The position numbers were made by a program, and so were the translations under genes. A stretch of 63,888 bases of DNA, filler included, from Globobulimina sp. (lineage: Eukaryota): assembly GCA_003354225.1 (NCBI GenBank). It is 46 parts of 46 records of this genome, joined end to end, with 100 filler letters (N's around TTAATTAATTAA, not from the genome) between each part and the next. Parts side by side here need not be neighbours in the genome. Positions count along the whole stretch, not along the records: positions 37,571 to 38,861 come from PIVH01019318.1; positions 38,962 to 40,252 come from PIVH01019319.1; positions 40,353 to 41,643 come from PIVH01019320.1; positions 41,744 to 43,034 come from PIVH01019321.1; positions 43,135 to 44,425 come from PIVH01019322.1; positions 44,526 to 45,816 come from PIVH01019323.1; positions 45,917 to 47,207 come from PIVH01019324.1; positions 47,308 to 48,598 come from PIVH01019325.1; 38 more parts are not named here. The stretch is one strand, 5' to 3'. A model generated the notes under the pieces. The model did no database searches. It was not told the DNA's origin and saw only the letters and a program-made list of their open reading frames with translations. The first letter of the stretch is position 1, and each line of letters opens with the position of its first letter. Shown piece by piece: positions 38,433 through 50,523 of the stretch.

Positions 38433-38861
38433 ATGGCTTATGGTATGACAACAAAATTCACTGATACGAAAGGTGAAGTTACGTCCGCCGGGAACTCGGA
38501 ATTCATATTCCATTGTATTCAATTTCAGATTGTTGCCATTCTACTTAACAATATACATATTCTATGCAGGAATTTGTTTTTCTTGGAACTTCAATATCCT
38601 TTTCAGAGAAAGCATTAATTGAATTGGAACAAGAACACGATAAATTATGTGCAAAATATGTAGAAGAACTATTATCCGATGGATATTTCGAAGAAGAATG
38701 GACTGATTATTATGCTGAAACAGATGATGATGATGAAGACTGTCAAGGTTATGACGAGCATGTAGATGATGAAAAAATTGATGAATGTAATAAAGAAAAT
38801 TATGATAATAATAATAATAATGAATATGTTTTATCTCAAACCAATGTACCATTATTTTCAG
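38433..38861 (+). CDS. Small acidic hypothetical protein, probable intron about 38478-38569
   Basis: MAYGMTTKFTDTKGE spliced to EFVFLGT..; acidic tail. Confidence 0.45.
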
Positions 38862-38961
38862 NNNNNNNNNNNNNNNNNNNNNNNNNNNNNNNNNNNNNNN
38901 NNNNNTTAATTAATTAANNNNNNNNNNNNNNNNNNNNNNNNNNNNNNNNNNNNNNNNNNNN

Positions 38962-39900
38962 TCATAGTCTATCTCCTCAAATAATATTTGTTCCACGGTT
39001 GGATTATAACATTTAAATAATTTATCTACCTCAAAACATAATACTTCAGTTATTTCTACTCCATTATAAACACCACTGCGCGTAGACACAACAGAATGAG
39101 TAACTATTCCTGTCTTATTTATTGTCAATGTATTATTGTTACAGTCTGTATTATTATTGTTAAATGTTGAAGAAATACCGCAAAGCCAAAATGTATCACA
39201 TATGCCATCATCACAGCCATTATGTGACACATATAATATATGAGCAGGCTCTGTTTGTGGATCATATTTGGTCGGACTAAAAGTAGGAGTCGATGTTGTT
39301 GGTTCTAGTGCTATCAAAGTAAAACACCATATAACTCAATAAAACAACTGACAAATTATATATATATATACATACTTGGACTTGTCGAAGGAAATGGGGT
39401 GGGGAGCATGCCATTATTACAAGTGTTTGCTGCATCTGAACAGCCAAAATATGAAGAATTTGTACTTAATTCTATCCAACACGAACTTTGCAATAACTCA
39501 CCACATCTTAATAACGGTTCCGCACCTTCTCCGTAACAAACATCATTATTACTCACTTGACATTCAATGCGAACATTGGCAAATCCATCATTTGCATCTA
39601 TTACTACGAGGTCCATAGCATAATTTCCTTTAACAGAAATATCACAAACCGCGTTATTGGAATATTGAGGTCCCGCTTCACTGTCTGGTGGACAATAAAT
39701 GCCCGCATTGTACATTACCCAGTCTCCAGAGGCATTAATAAATAATTTTGATCCAACCGTACCACGGATTGATGCATCGTGCAACACATCAGTACCGTTG
39801 GCTGTGATATTACAATATTTGTTTTCAGGACATTCAATCCGTGCACGATAAAGAGAACGCAGCCCGTTTGCATTTACAAGCAATGAATTGGCAGTTTGAG
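38962..39900 (-). CDS. Cys-rich extracellular protein with PT/PS repeats, multi-exon, partial
   Basis: Repeated A.I.CP..C.I motifs, PTPFPSTSP and PTTSTPTFSPT linkers, intron about 39311-39373. Confidence 0.6.
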
Positions 39901-40700
39901 CATCTATACGCCATCATATATGTATAATAATTTGTCAATGACACAAACAAATAAATGATTGGACTCAAACATATACTCAACAAATGGATGTGAACCCACA
40001 CGCATATTCTCCATGACAATTAACAACTGCATTCGAAGCGTAAGTGTCTGAATAAAATATAACAGAATAAGGATATTTTGTTTTTTGTGTTTTTTGCGTT
40101 TTTGGAATTGCACATAAAACGCAAATATTAATGGATTACTTTCCGTGTAGACAGTCAATATAAGTCATTTTTAACCATTCTACAAAAGTATTATGACAGA
40201 ATAACAACCCACAATTAATCAGACATATAAAAAGATATTACATAACGAATGANNNNNNNNNNNNNNNNNNNNNNNNNNNNNNNNNNNNNNNNNNNNTTAA
40301 TTAATTAANNNNNNNNNNNNNNNNNNNNNNNNNNNNNNNNNNNNNNNNNNNNGCATAGTTTAACACCTTTTGTTTGTATTTTTTTATGTATCATGATTTA
40401 CATTCACTCAACGAAACACGTTACTCATCGAAAAAGTTTCATATGAATAATTTACTAATATTCCACTGCAGTCACAAATAGTGAGCTTCAACTTTTGGAG
40501 TTAATCGTTCACCACAATAAATTAGCTCAAGTTGTGTGTGCAGTGCGATCAGCGACAAAACACATAAACAAAGCAATCGTGACATTTAATTGGTTTCTAT
40601 GTAAGTTGACTTAATTTGCACATACAAATTAAAAGAAACAAAGAAAAGTACAAATTCAAATCTAAATGCAAACAGTAATCAAGATATACAAATATCACAA

Positions 40701-41244
40701 ATGGAAAAAATAACGTTTAGCGATCCTTTGGAAAAGCCAAGTCATCGCAGTATGAGTATTAAATTGGAAATGAATGGTTTGTATTTATTCCAATCTGAAT
40801 GCAAAATAAAATAATTAATAATACTTATATCAATTTGCAGAAACACCTAAAATGCGGCGAGAAATGAAACGCAAATCACCATTACGTATACAAGTTAAAA
40901 ATGAGAATAAATACCAACACAATTAATGTGAATGTGTATATCCAGACAGTTAAAGGAAAAATGATTTATATGCTTGTTGATTTCAAATAATTTATATGTT
41001 GTTATTATGAAACATGAAATACACAGATTACGATTATGACTATTTTCAATGTAAAAAGCCATTTAGAAATCCAACCAGAAAAGAATGGGCCAAACTGTTG
41101 AGATGGTAATTGGTGAAATAACTTTTTATTTTAATGTACGTTATAATTTGGCAACGTCCATAAACCAAATACACTAATCGTGATTTTTTGTTGTATACAG
41201 AGCATGAAGAAAGAGCTGCAAAATATGGATCTCTACTCGAAGTA
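40701..41244 (+). CDS. Small four-exon hypothetical gene
   Basis: MEKITFSDPLEKPSHR / TPKMRREMKRKSPL / YDYDYFQCKKPFRNPTRKEWAKLLR / SMKKELQNMDLYSK* separated by GT..CAG segments. Confidence 0.45.
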
Positions 41245-41643
41245 AACAACATACCTGCAAACAATGTTATTTGAAATACAATCGAAGATATATAAATACT
41301 GCTTCTTTATATCATTGATAAACTCATGGGGTATAATATTTCCATATCTAAACTTTGCATATGTTGATCGCATTGTAAAAGCGGAAACTAGATGTTCTCA
41401 TTCAATCATGGACCAGCTTACTGAAACTTAGTGAAAATGAAAAATGATGCCCAACATCAAGTTACTGCTTTCACTTTGCGATCAACATATGCAAAGTTTA
41501 GATATGGAAATATTATACCCCATGAGTTTATCAATGATATAAAGAAGCAGTATTTATATATCTTCGATTGTATGGTATGTCATAATAATATGTATAAATA
41601 ACATTGTTTGCAGGTATGTTGTTTACTTCGAGTAGAGATCCAT
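41225..41643. repeat. Long inverted repeat (arms 41225-41372 and 41477-41643)
   Basis: Arms are reverse complements apart from one 3-nt vs 22-nt segment; 104-bp spacer. Confidence 0.95.
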
Positions 41644-41745
41644 NNNNNNNNNNNNNNNNNNNNNNNNNNNNNNNNNNNNNNNNNNNNTTAATTAATTAAN
41701 NNNNNNNNNNNNNNNNNNNNNNNNNNNNNNNNNNNNNNNNNNNGC

Positions 41746-43034
41746 AACATTGAGGTCAATGATATCAGACATTCCGATGTTGTTTTATCAGATATTTCTA
41801 TGCAAGAAAATAATAATAATGCGGTTCGGATCAAAAATGACATTTGGAAATTAGTAGAAGATGAAAATATGAATATGGATTATGTGGAAGGTACAGAGTT
41901 AAATAATGAATATAATATTACCACTGCGAGTGTGTGGAAAAAGAAATTATTTTTACAATTTATGGCGAAAACGCGTTATAAGTCGATTCAAAGTGATATG
42001 AAGAAATTGTTTTCGTGCATAAACAGAACAAATGCCGGAGAGTATTACTACGTTGATTCAAAAACGAAAATAAAAAACAAGAATGATGGCGTTATATTTA
42101 CGCCTGAAAATAATAATTATTTTATGAATCGAGACAGCGACAATTATAATTTTGAAAATATAAGGAAATGGAAACCAAAAAAACTAAACACGATCGATGT
42201 TAAAATTACTGTCAAATTGAATTGTTTTGATTTAAAATTTGTAGATCGCTTTGGTAAAATTAAATTGTTTTCATCTGTCAAAAAACATGGGAATAATGCT
42301 GGATATCATGGTTATTATTATGAGGATGTGGGATTTGATACTATCAATGTCGGATTGCATGGAAATACGTTGACGGCATTTCAAAAAGAACAAAGAAGTA
42401 CTTTATGGAAGATTTGCAGTAAACTATCGAAGCACAATCGCAATTTTAGTTATATAATTGTTGAATGTGGCTATGACTCAGACTTTTGCAGTTGGAAAAT
42501 ACTGAAATGGAGAGATGATAAAACAAAAGCAAACACATTGAAAACATGCCAAGATACTCGAAAAAAGATCGAAGAGGATATTCAGCCAAGCGATTTGATT
42601 GCAGCTTTTCCGACAAATTGCAAAAAATATGAGATTGTAAATAATTACAATGCGAAAGCCATAAATGATAAAATGAATTTCAATCAAAGACAAAGTGGTA
42701 AAACAGGAAGTATTCGTGACATGAACAGTTGGTGCAAATATGTGTTAATATTGAAAAGTGTAAGAACAGCATACTCCGCCAATGGTGGTCAAAAGATCAA
42801 TGTATTGGATTTAGGATGCGGTAAAGGTGGCGATTTGAGGTATTTATATGTGTATTTTTGTATAGATATTTTATACATTTTGAGTTTTTGTGTGATAAGA
42901 AAATATCGAGGATGTAAAAAATATATCTGCAAATATGTGGGTATTGATTTGGCGGCGGAGTGTATTGAAAAAGCAGTTCGTGGCTACAATAATATGAAAG
43001 CGATGAGTGTGCAGTATCAAAATGCAACATATGA
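41746..43034 (+). CDS. mRNA capping guanylyltransferase fused to cap guanine-N7 methyltransferase, partial, intron 42840-42899
   Basis: GTase motifs IV DGVIFTP, V KWKP..NTID, VI WRDDKTKAN; MTase IRDMNSWCK..VLDLGCGKGGDL|RKY..YVGIDLA. Confidence 0.88.
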
Positions 43035-43236
43035 NNNNNNNNNNNNNNNNNNNNNNNNNNNNNNNNNNNNNNNNNNNNTTAATTAATTAANNNNNNNNNN
43101 NNNNNNNNNNNNNNNNNNNNNNNNNNNNNNNNNNTTACAGAGAAAAAAAAGAGGAAAGCAAACAGAAAAAAGTATAAACGATGCAACAAAAAATAGAATT
43201 AATTAAATATCTAAACCAGAGTGAAAAAAAGCAACA

Positions 43237-44163
43237 TTACAATAACATTTGACTCAAAATGATAAAAAATTGACAAATATATTTTCTACGATTTTTAAAT
43301 GCATAATAAAGCATCATTACAACCAGAAAAAACAAAGATATTTTTCTTTTTGTCTTATATTTGGGAAGTAATAAATGCAAATCTGGCGCATAACCGTCCG
43401 TGTAATAGCTATTTGGCAATATTTTATTTGCTTCAATTTGTTGGATATAATTCGATTTATTATTTTCATACTTTTTAACGCCTTCGGAATATAAACGATT
43501 CCATTTATTTGGACAATAACTTATCATCGAATCATAGATATATTTATTATCAAATCTGAATCTATATTTTATTAAAATATTTACATATTTGCCATCATCC
43601 AAAATGACATTTGGTTGCATAAAATTCCCATCGAAGGCAATATTGCCTCTGTAATATCTCATCCACGTCAGGCCAACAACAAATAAATGGGACGACGCCA
43701 TGATCGCATTTATTATTTCGTCATCACATTGAAAATTACTCTCAGTTTTAAATACAAATCGTTTTTGTGTACCATCAAATGTTGTCATTCCAATGAATAA
43801 TTTATTCGCCACCTTTTCATATCCACCATTTTCTTGCAATATTTTGCGTGTCAATGTTTCAAGATTTTTGTACCAGTGAAAGTAGCGTGTTTTGTACCAT
43901 GCATCAAATAATGATCTGAAATAATCAAAATATGGTTCAATTTGTTCTTTTTTAATTTCAAGAGCTAACATTAAAGCAACCCAACTGCCGCTAGAAACGC
44001 CAGAAAAACATATTCGACGATTTGGGTATTTCTCGCGAATGTGATGGTAAACATTCAATGCTTCGCCCATTCCCATTGGATACAATCCTGCTCCGCCCAT
44101 TACACTTATTACAACATCTCGTTTTTTGGTGCTCTCAGTTTCAGCTGCCATTATGGATACCAC
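43237..44163 (-). CDS. Patatin-like phospholipase
   Basis: GGAG oxyanion loop, GVSSG nucleophile motif, ASS, FDG; C-terminal TM. Confidence 0.88.
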   Translation of the reverse strand: MVSIMAAETESTKKRDVVISVMGGAGLYPMGMGEALNVYHHIREKYPNRRICFSGVSSGSWVALMLALEIKKEQIEPYFDYFRSLFDAWYKTRYFHWYKNLETLTRKILQENGGYEKVANKLFIGMTTFDGTQKRFVFKTESNFQCDDEIINAIMASSHLFVVGLTWMRYYRGNIAFDGNFMQPNVILDDGKYVNILIKYRFRFDNKYIYDSMISYCPNKWNRLYSEGVKKYENNKSNYIQQIEANKILPNSYYTDGYAPDLHLLLPKYKTKRKISLFFLVVMMLYYAFKNRRKYICQFFIILSQMLL

Positions 44164-44525
44164 TATAATTGAAGTAAAAACTTAACGAGGAGTTTTTTGT
44201 GTATAATCTTAGTACCAGATATTAGCTTCCTTTAAATTAGAAACATTCTAAGCCAAATAAATATATTTTAATTTTTCACGTTTATTTTTCATAGTATGAC
44301 ATCTGTATTAGACTATGCCCAACTAAGTTTTTTTCGAGACCGTTACATTTCAAGTCTACTTATGTCTAAGAGGATTGCTTGCCAGCAGCGTGGATTAATA
44401 AATAGTCCTCACTCTATTGCCTCTANNNNNNNNNNNNNNNNNNNNNNNNNNNNNNNNNNNNNNNNNNNNTTAATTAATTAANNNNNNNNNNNNNNNNNNN
44501 NNNNNNNNNNNNNNNNNNNNNNNNN

Positions 44526-45738
44526 GAACAAACAATCCAAAAAAATAAATGACTCATTTTGTAACCATTTCATATTGGGTCTAATTTTCGCTAAATCCCA
44601 TCGTTCGTCTTCGTATTTAAAAAAACATTGGAATAAATCAATCAAATCTTTATCAGCATACTCATATCGATTATATCTCCGTATTACATCTGAAATATCA
44701 CCATTTGCTTCCATGGTTTGCATAAAATCATTATCAAATTCGCTTGAAATATACCACGGAGAGCCACCGATTATCATCATATACAAACATACACCGAGAC
44801 ACCTACAACAGACAGCAAATCATAAAAACAGTATGTATTCATTTAATAATATATACATAATACATACATACCACACATCGTTTGCTTTGGCATTGAATGT
44901 GTTTTTTTTAACTGTAATCTCTGGCGAATGATACTTTTCTTTACCACAATATTTATCCGACCCACAATCTGATTCCTCTTCAAATAATGCAGCCAGCCCA
45001 AAATCAATCAGCTTAATTTGAACACCCATATCATAACAAAATGTGAATTTGCCTTTTTCAGAAACACCAAATTCAATCTGAATATCATTAATTAGCCAAT
45101 TTTCCAAACTAATATCGAAATGACAAATATTTTTAGAGTGTAGATATTCAATGCATTCAATCATTTGTTCAAATATAATTTTGGCCATTTTATGCCATTC
45201 ATTAATATTTAAATAACCATTGTTGATATGCTTATGAACATTGACAATAAAATCAAACAAATTATGCCCACCATCCTCCATAACAAGATAATAATTAATG
45301 TTGCTGTACAAATATATTTATATGTAGTTAAATGTTCTATGCGTACGTATACAGTCAACAGTACCTTTTCAAGAAATCAATATATTTTATGATTGAACGT
45401 GGGCATTTTTTATCTTTGGCTAAAGATTTTAAAAGTTGCCTTTCCATTAAAATATTTTCTGAAACCTTTATATGCGACCCGTCTCTTTTGGTAGTTATTG
45501 ACAGAGAATGCAACTCTCGATTGGCTACTTTGACGACAACATTTTTATGTGTATGTTGTTGCACCGCTTTCCACACTGAGCCTGAAAGGAGAATGATTGA
45601 TATGATTTGAGATAAAACAAAATTTAACCATGTAATTATAATAATACCTTGTAAAGCATCTGCGCATTTGGTGATGCCAATGTATCCCATATTACCTAGC
45701 AAATCTGCATTTGTATTATGTTGTGACACGTCAGACAT
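44526..45738 (-). CDS. Ser/Thr protein kinase, four exons
   Basis: ALQG|SVWKA, VVVKV, LVMED, CHFDISLEN, KLIDFGLA, CGK..YHSPE, NDVW|CLGV. Confidence 0.93.
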
Positions 45739-45916
45739 GATTTATTCTACTAGTAGTGGGGGCACATTCAGCCGGGAAGTAAGTCCGGCTCCATACTCAC
45801 CGATTGCTTAAACATCNNNNNNNNNNNNNNNNNNNNNNNNNNNNNNNNNNNNNNNNNNNNTTAATTAATTAANNNNNNNNNNNNNNNNNNNNNNNNNNNN
45901 NNNNNNNNNNNNNNNN

Positions 45917-46790
45917 CAAAATGTCCGTAAAAATTTATTAATGTATTCAATAAATCATTGCTATGCTTATATGTATCATTAATGCATTTGGCAATGATTT
46001 GTTTTCCTTTATTTTCATCATTTATAGTTATACATACTTTTATCGCCAATAAATGCGACGTATCATTTTGTAAATGGTGGAATTTATCATACATAGCTAA
46101 TGTTTTGGCGTTATAATTGTTATTCATATAACATGTCATCATTGTATTTAAACAGACTTCATTTTTAATCCGATTTGGGATTGAATAGAATGTGTTTTTG
46201 GCAGTTGTTATATCACCAAAATGTCCGTATAAATTAACCAAAGCGCATTGAATAAAAACATTATCATTCAATTGTTTCTCTGGTATTTTACAATGGATTT
46301 CTTTGCCTTTTTCAAAATTATTTGTTTTAATACACCATTTGATAAATGATGGATATGCAATAAGGCCTTTTTCCAATATGTTCTCGATATCGTTCCAAAA
46401 TAAGCAAACTTTTTCAGCTTTATTTAGCTTTAGACATAAATTCAACATTTTATTGACTGTGTGACAATTCCGTTCCTCGTCAATGTCATTATATATTCCA
46501 AATGCTTTTTGTATTATTTCTTTTTCGTACTCATGCCTATTTTTATGGATTGGTTGTTTTGCATTGTTTAAAGAATTTAATAATTGTCTTGCAATCACAT
46601 TGTTTATTTTGTTTGATGTCGAAAATGTAGCATGAGAATATTGAAATAACTGAACAACATTCCAAATGATCTTTTGGTGTCGCATAAAAGGCAATGATCG
46701 AATCTTGTCAATCCAAGCACAAACAGAAAATTCAGGAATTTGTTCAAGACTTACACAAAAAACTTCCAACAATGGCATCGCTTCCAACAA
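45917..46790 (-). CDS. Pentatricopeptide repeat protein with PLS-like motifs, 3'-partial
   Basis: KGKEIH..NVFIQCALVNLYGHFGDITTAKNTF..NEVCLNTMMTCY..LLNTLINFYGHF. Confidence 0.85.
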
Positions 46791-47636
46791 TGACGTGTTA
46801 AAAACACTTCGTTTTTAACATTCGCACATTCGTAGACTTGCGAATATTTGCAGTATATTGTTTCAGTTGTACTGGTACATACAACCTTGTTTTAGATTTG
46901 TTGCATGGCTCTGAAAATTCTTGCCATATCACGTGATCGATAGGTATACAAAATCACCGATTTGGACAAACTAATAATACTATCAACACAACAACAACAA
47001 AAACACAACAACAAAAAAAAGGCTTTTTTTTTATAAATATACTACAAATAAGGCGGATGCAAATAATACAACTGTGCAATATAAACTATTCGCGGCATCA
47101 GTATCTACTTTAGTATTTTGCGAATTTGATGGTATCTCAGATGTAGACGTCTTTGGCGCCCCAGTTGTAGGCCACTGCGCAGATTCAATTGTCGCCCTGT
47201 TTAATATNNNNNNNNNNNNNNNNNNNNNNNNNNNNNNNNNNNNNNNNNNNNTTAATTAATTAANNNNNNNNNNNNNNNNNNNNNNNNNNNNNNNNNNNNN
47301 NNNNNNNTAGGAACAATGCATTATGCAAATCCTTCAAAGGAATATGATAAAATGATTAAAGTAATCAATGATGAGACTGTTGAATTTAAGTGTTATTTAG
47401 GAAAAAAAAACGCCAATTTGATGGTTGTGTTTTCAAAAAATGGTAAAAGTATTTATGAATGGGCGTTTGATGAATGCAAGTAAAATCATACTAATATTAT
47501 GTGTCTATGCAGTGTATATAAAAAGTGAAATAAAAAGTGAAATAAAAACGTTTTTGTATGCTAAAAATTAAACCTCGCTCTTGATCATGCCGACGTTCGC
47601 CTATTAAAGCGAGTCCAAACAATACTGCTCTGGCAA

Positions 47637-48598
47637 ATGGGTTGCTTACTACCCGTTGAGGGGGAAGCATCCGCCGCAGATCAGGCACAAGCCGAAGCAG
47701 ATGAGAAAATAAACATATTAACTAAACAACAAGTAAGCAAAGCACGCATCAAATACAAGTTATTGTTACTAGGAGCTGGAGAATCTGGTAAATCGACGTT
47801 ATTGCGACAAATGAGACGCTTGCATGGCAAAGATTTCTCTAAGCGCGAATTAACGGCAACTAAGCCGCACTTAACACAAAATGTGATTGAAGCCATGCGT
47901 ACATTGGCCATCTACTCAGAAATATTACACGACCAAGGCCATGACACCAAAGTGAACGAAGAAAACGAGGCCATCCGAACGCGTGTAGCACGAATGAAGG
48001 ACAAACTGAAATTCACCAAAGAACACTGCGACGATTTGACTGCATTATGGAATGATGCGCACATAAAAAATGTGCTTGAATTTCGGCATACTTTCCAATT
48101 GTCAGATACCTGCGAATATTTGTTTGAGCGCATGGATAATTATTGGAGAGACGCTTATATTCCAACGTTTGAAGACTTGATACATTCCAGACAGCGCACC
48201 ACAGGAATTACGAAGATTAAATTCGAGTTACAGGACAATAACGGCTCTGTCAATGAGATCTATGAAATATTCGATGCTGGAGGTATTTATGTTGAATGTG
48301 CATGTTACAAATTACATATTTAATTTGCACTGTTTGTATAATATTTGTTGTCGTCTTAAGGGCAGAAAACCGAACGTAAGAAATGGATTCATTTTTTTGA
48401 CAATGCCTCGGCGATCATATTCGTGGTCGCATTGAGTGGCTTCAACCAGACATTGTGGGAAGATTCGACCAATAATAGGATGAAAGAGGCAATCGGCTTA
48501 TTTCGCGGCATTGTGAACTTGGACGTGTTTCGTGACAGCCATGTTATTATGTTTTTGAATAAATCAGACTTATTTTATAAAAAAGTCGGCAAGTATTC
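47637..48598 (+). CDS. Heterotrimeric G-protein alpha subunit, 3'-partial, intron 48283-48360
   Basis: MGC N-terminus, GAGESGKST, RQRTTG, DAG|GQ..ERKKWIH, FLNKSD. Confidence 0.96.
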
Positions 48599-48819
48599 NN
48601 NNNNNNNNNNNNNNNNNNNNNNNNNNNNNNNNNNNNNNNNNNTTAATTAATTAANNNNNNNNNNNNNNNNNNNNNNNNNNNNNNNNNNNNNNNNNNNNTT
48701 GTTCATTATTTTCTTGTTCAGTGCGACATTGTCGTATTCGTACACAAGCATCGACCGGTGGTCGGTGGAATGGTTTCATAATTCAATGTGTTTTCAATTT
48801 TAAAAGTTTTTAAAATTGG

Positions 48820-49539
48820 ATGCGTGGTTTAATTACGAGTTTAGAGGAATCAATCATAAAATATGGGCTTAATAATTACTTCCACCATCAAAATGAATTG
48901 TTGCCGTCATTGATAAAACAAATCGCAGCAATACCAAGAGAGTCCCTCGGCTCCTACGATATTCCCGAACATGCCGAAGAAAAGTATCAAGCCGCTAAAA
49001 TTAAGCCAATTGTGTGGACATCAATTTACAACGATGCAGATGATTCCTGCTCAATAACCTTATTTCGGCTATTTAAGAACAGTAAAATGCCTTTGCATGA
49101 TCATCCTGATATTTCTGGAATTAATTATTTATTATCAGGCAGCGTTGAACAGCAAACGTATGACATTATTGATGTATTGAACCGTGATAAACATCAATTT
49201 GTTGGAATAAAATATGAGGCAACCAATTTAAAAGAAAACGATGTAATGATCACATTTCCACACAAACAAAATCTTCATGAATTTATTGCGAAGGAGAATA
49301 CTGCCATTTTACAAGTGTTATTTCCTGCGTATGACCACACGACAAGAGTTTGTTCATATTTTCAAGTTGATAATAATTTGAGCGATCAAATCAAACATAA
49401 ACATTTTGTCGACATCCAAAAAAATAAAGTTATTGATGTAAATAATTTATCGATCAATGACATTGTTGGTTTGAATATCATCCCTGAGCCGCAACACAAA
49501 GTGGATGTAAATGTACCTTATGATGGACTGTTTGAATAA
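48820..49539 (+). CDS. ADO: Cysteamine dioxygenase / plant cysteine oxidase family (PCO_ADO)
   Basis: LF....MPLHDHP..SG..LLSGSV....YD; NLHEF.A....AIL.VL.PAYD...R.CSYF. Confidence 0.85.
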   Translation: MRGLITSLEESIIKYGLNNYFHHQNELLPSLIKQIAAIPRESLGSYDIPEHAEEKYQAAKIKPIVWTSIYNDADDSCSITLFRLFKNSKMPLHDHPDISGINYLLSGSVEQQTYDIIDVLNRDKHQFVGIKYEATNLKENDVMITFPHKQNLHEFIAKENTAILQVLFPAYDHTTRVCSYFQVDNNLSDQIKHKHFVDIQKNKVIDVNNLSINDIVGLNIIPEPQHKVDVNVPYDGLFE

Positions 49540-49724
49540 TTGTTAAAGAGTAGAGGAACGATTTTAATTTCTGAATGCAAATGCGGAGAGGAATTAATTG
49601 GTTCGATCCTTTCCCACACTTTCTTGTATAAATGAATTAACTGTATTCGATCTGTTACAAAAAGTCGAGTTCCAAATCAACAATCAATCCCAAAACCGTC
49701 ACTTGCGAACATCTAATAACAACA

Positions 49725-49988
49725 ATGAAAACCCTAACCGCAAGAAACAACTATAATCGACTCATGGATTATACCAAGCTCTCCAAACAAATGCAAAAAA
49801 CATATTTATCATTAAAATCGAACAATTCTATTCCGTTTAAAATTATGTCATACTGCCTATTAGTATTTGTCTTATTTTGCATGACCATTCTGCTAAACAA
49901 TCAATACAACCGTTTGAATGCCACCCAAATAGCAATAAATACTATAAACACTCGGACCATATCAACAAACAAAGAATCAGCGTCACCG
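49725..49988 (+). CDS. Type II membrane protein N-terminus, partial
   Basis: Short tail and a single TM (YCLLVFVLFCMTILL). Confidence 0.45.
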
Positions 49989-50523
49989 NNNNNNNNNNNN
50001 NNNNNNNNNNNNNNNNNNNNNNNNNNNNNNNNTTAATTAATTAANNNNNNNNNNNNNNNNNNNNNNNNNNNNNNNNNNNNNNNNNNNNATTAGGGTTTCG
50101 ATGTGAAATTGTTAAAGTTCGTTTTTTTTACATAACATCTTTGTGATGCGCCTTATTTAAATAAAATAAATTGATTGCGGTAGATTCACAACGAGCATTC
50201 TTGTCATTTACCATAAAAAGTCTAACTCTCAAAATTAATATACTTTACTATTCAATGAATAAACTTTCTTCTAATGACTGTTGCTAATTACTTTATCAAA
50301 TAATTTACTTTATTGGCATAGAAGAATAAGCTATATCTACTTCTAGATTCAGATTTCCATAATTTCGATAAATTATATCAATTGTAAAAAAATTTTTTCG
50401 ATAAAACAAAATTAATTAATAACACAATAAATCTTAATTTTTATTCAACTAAATAATAACTTTTTTATAATAACTTGTTAGTTAATATAATTTTAACAAT
50501 ATAACAATTAACTATTACAAATT

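Noticed and set aside
41575-41613. GTATGT...TTTGCAG 39-nt apparent intron in one inverted-repeat arm
   Set aside because: It lies antisense in the 3' flank of the duplicated gene, and the indel does not match its boundaries
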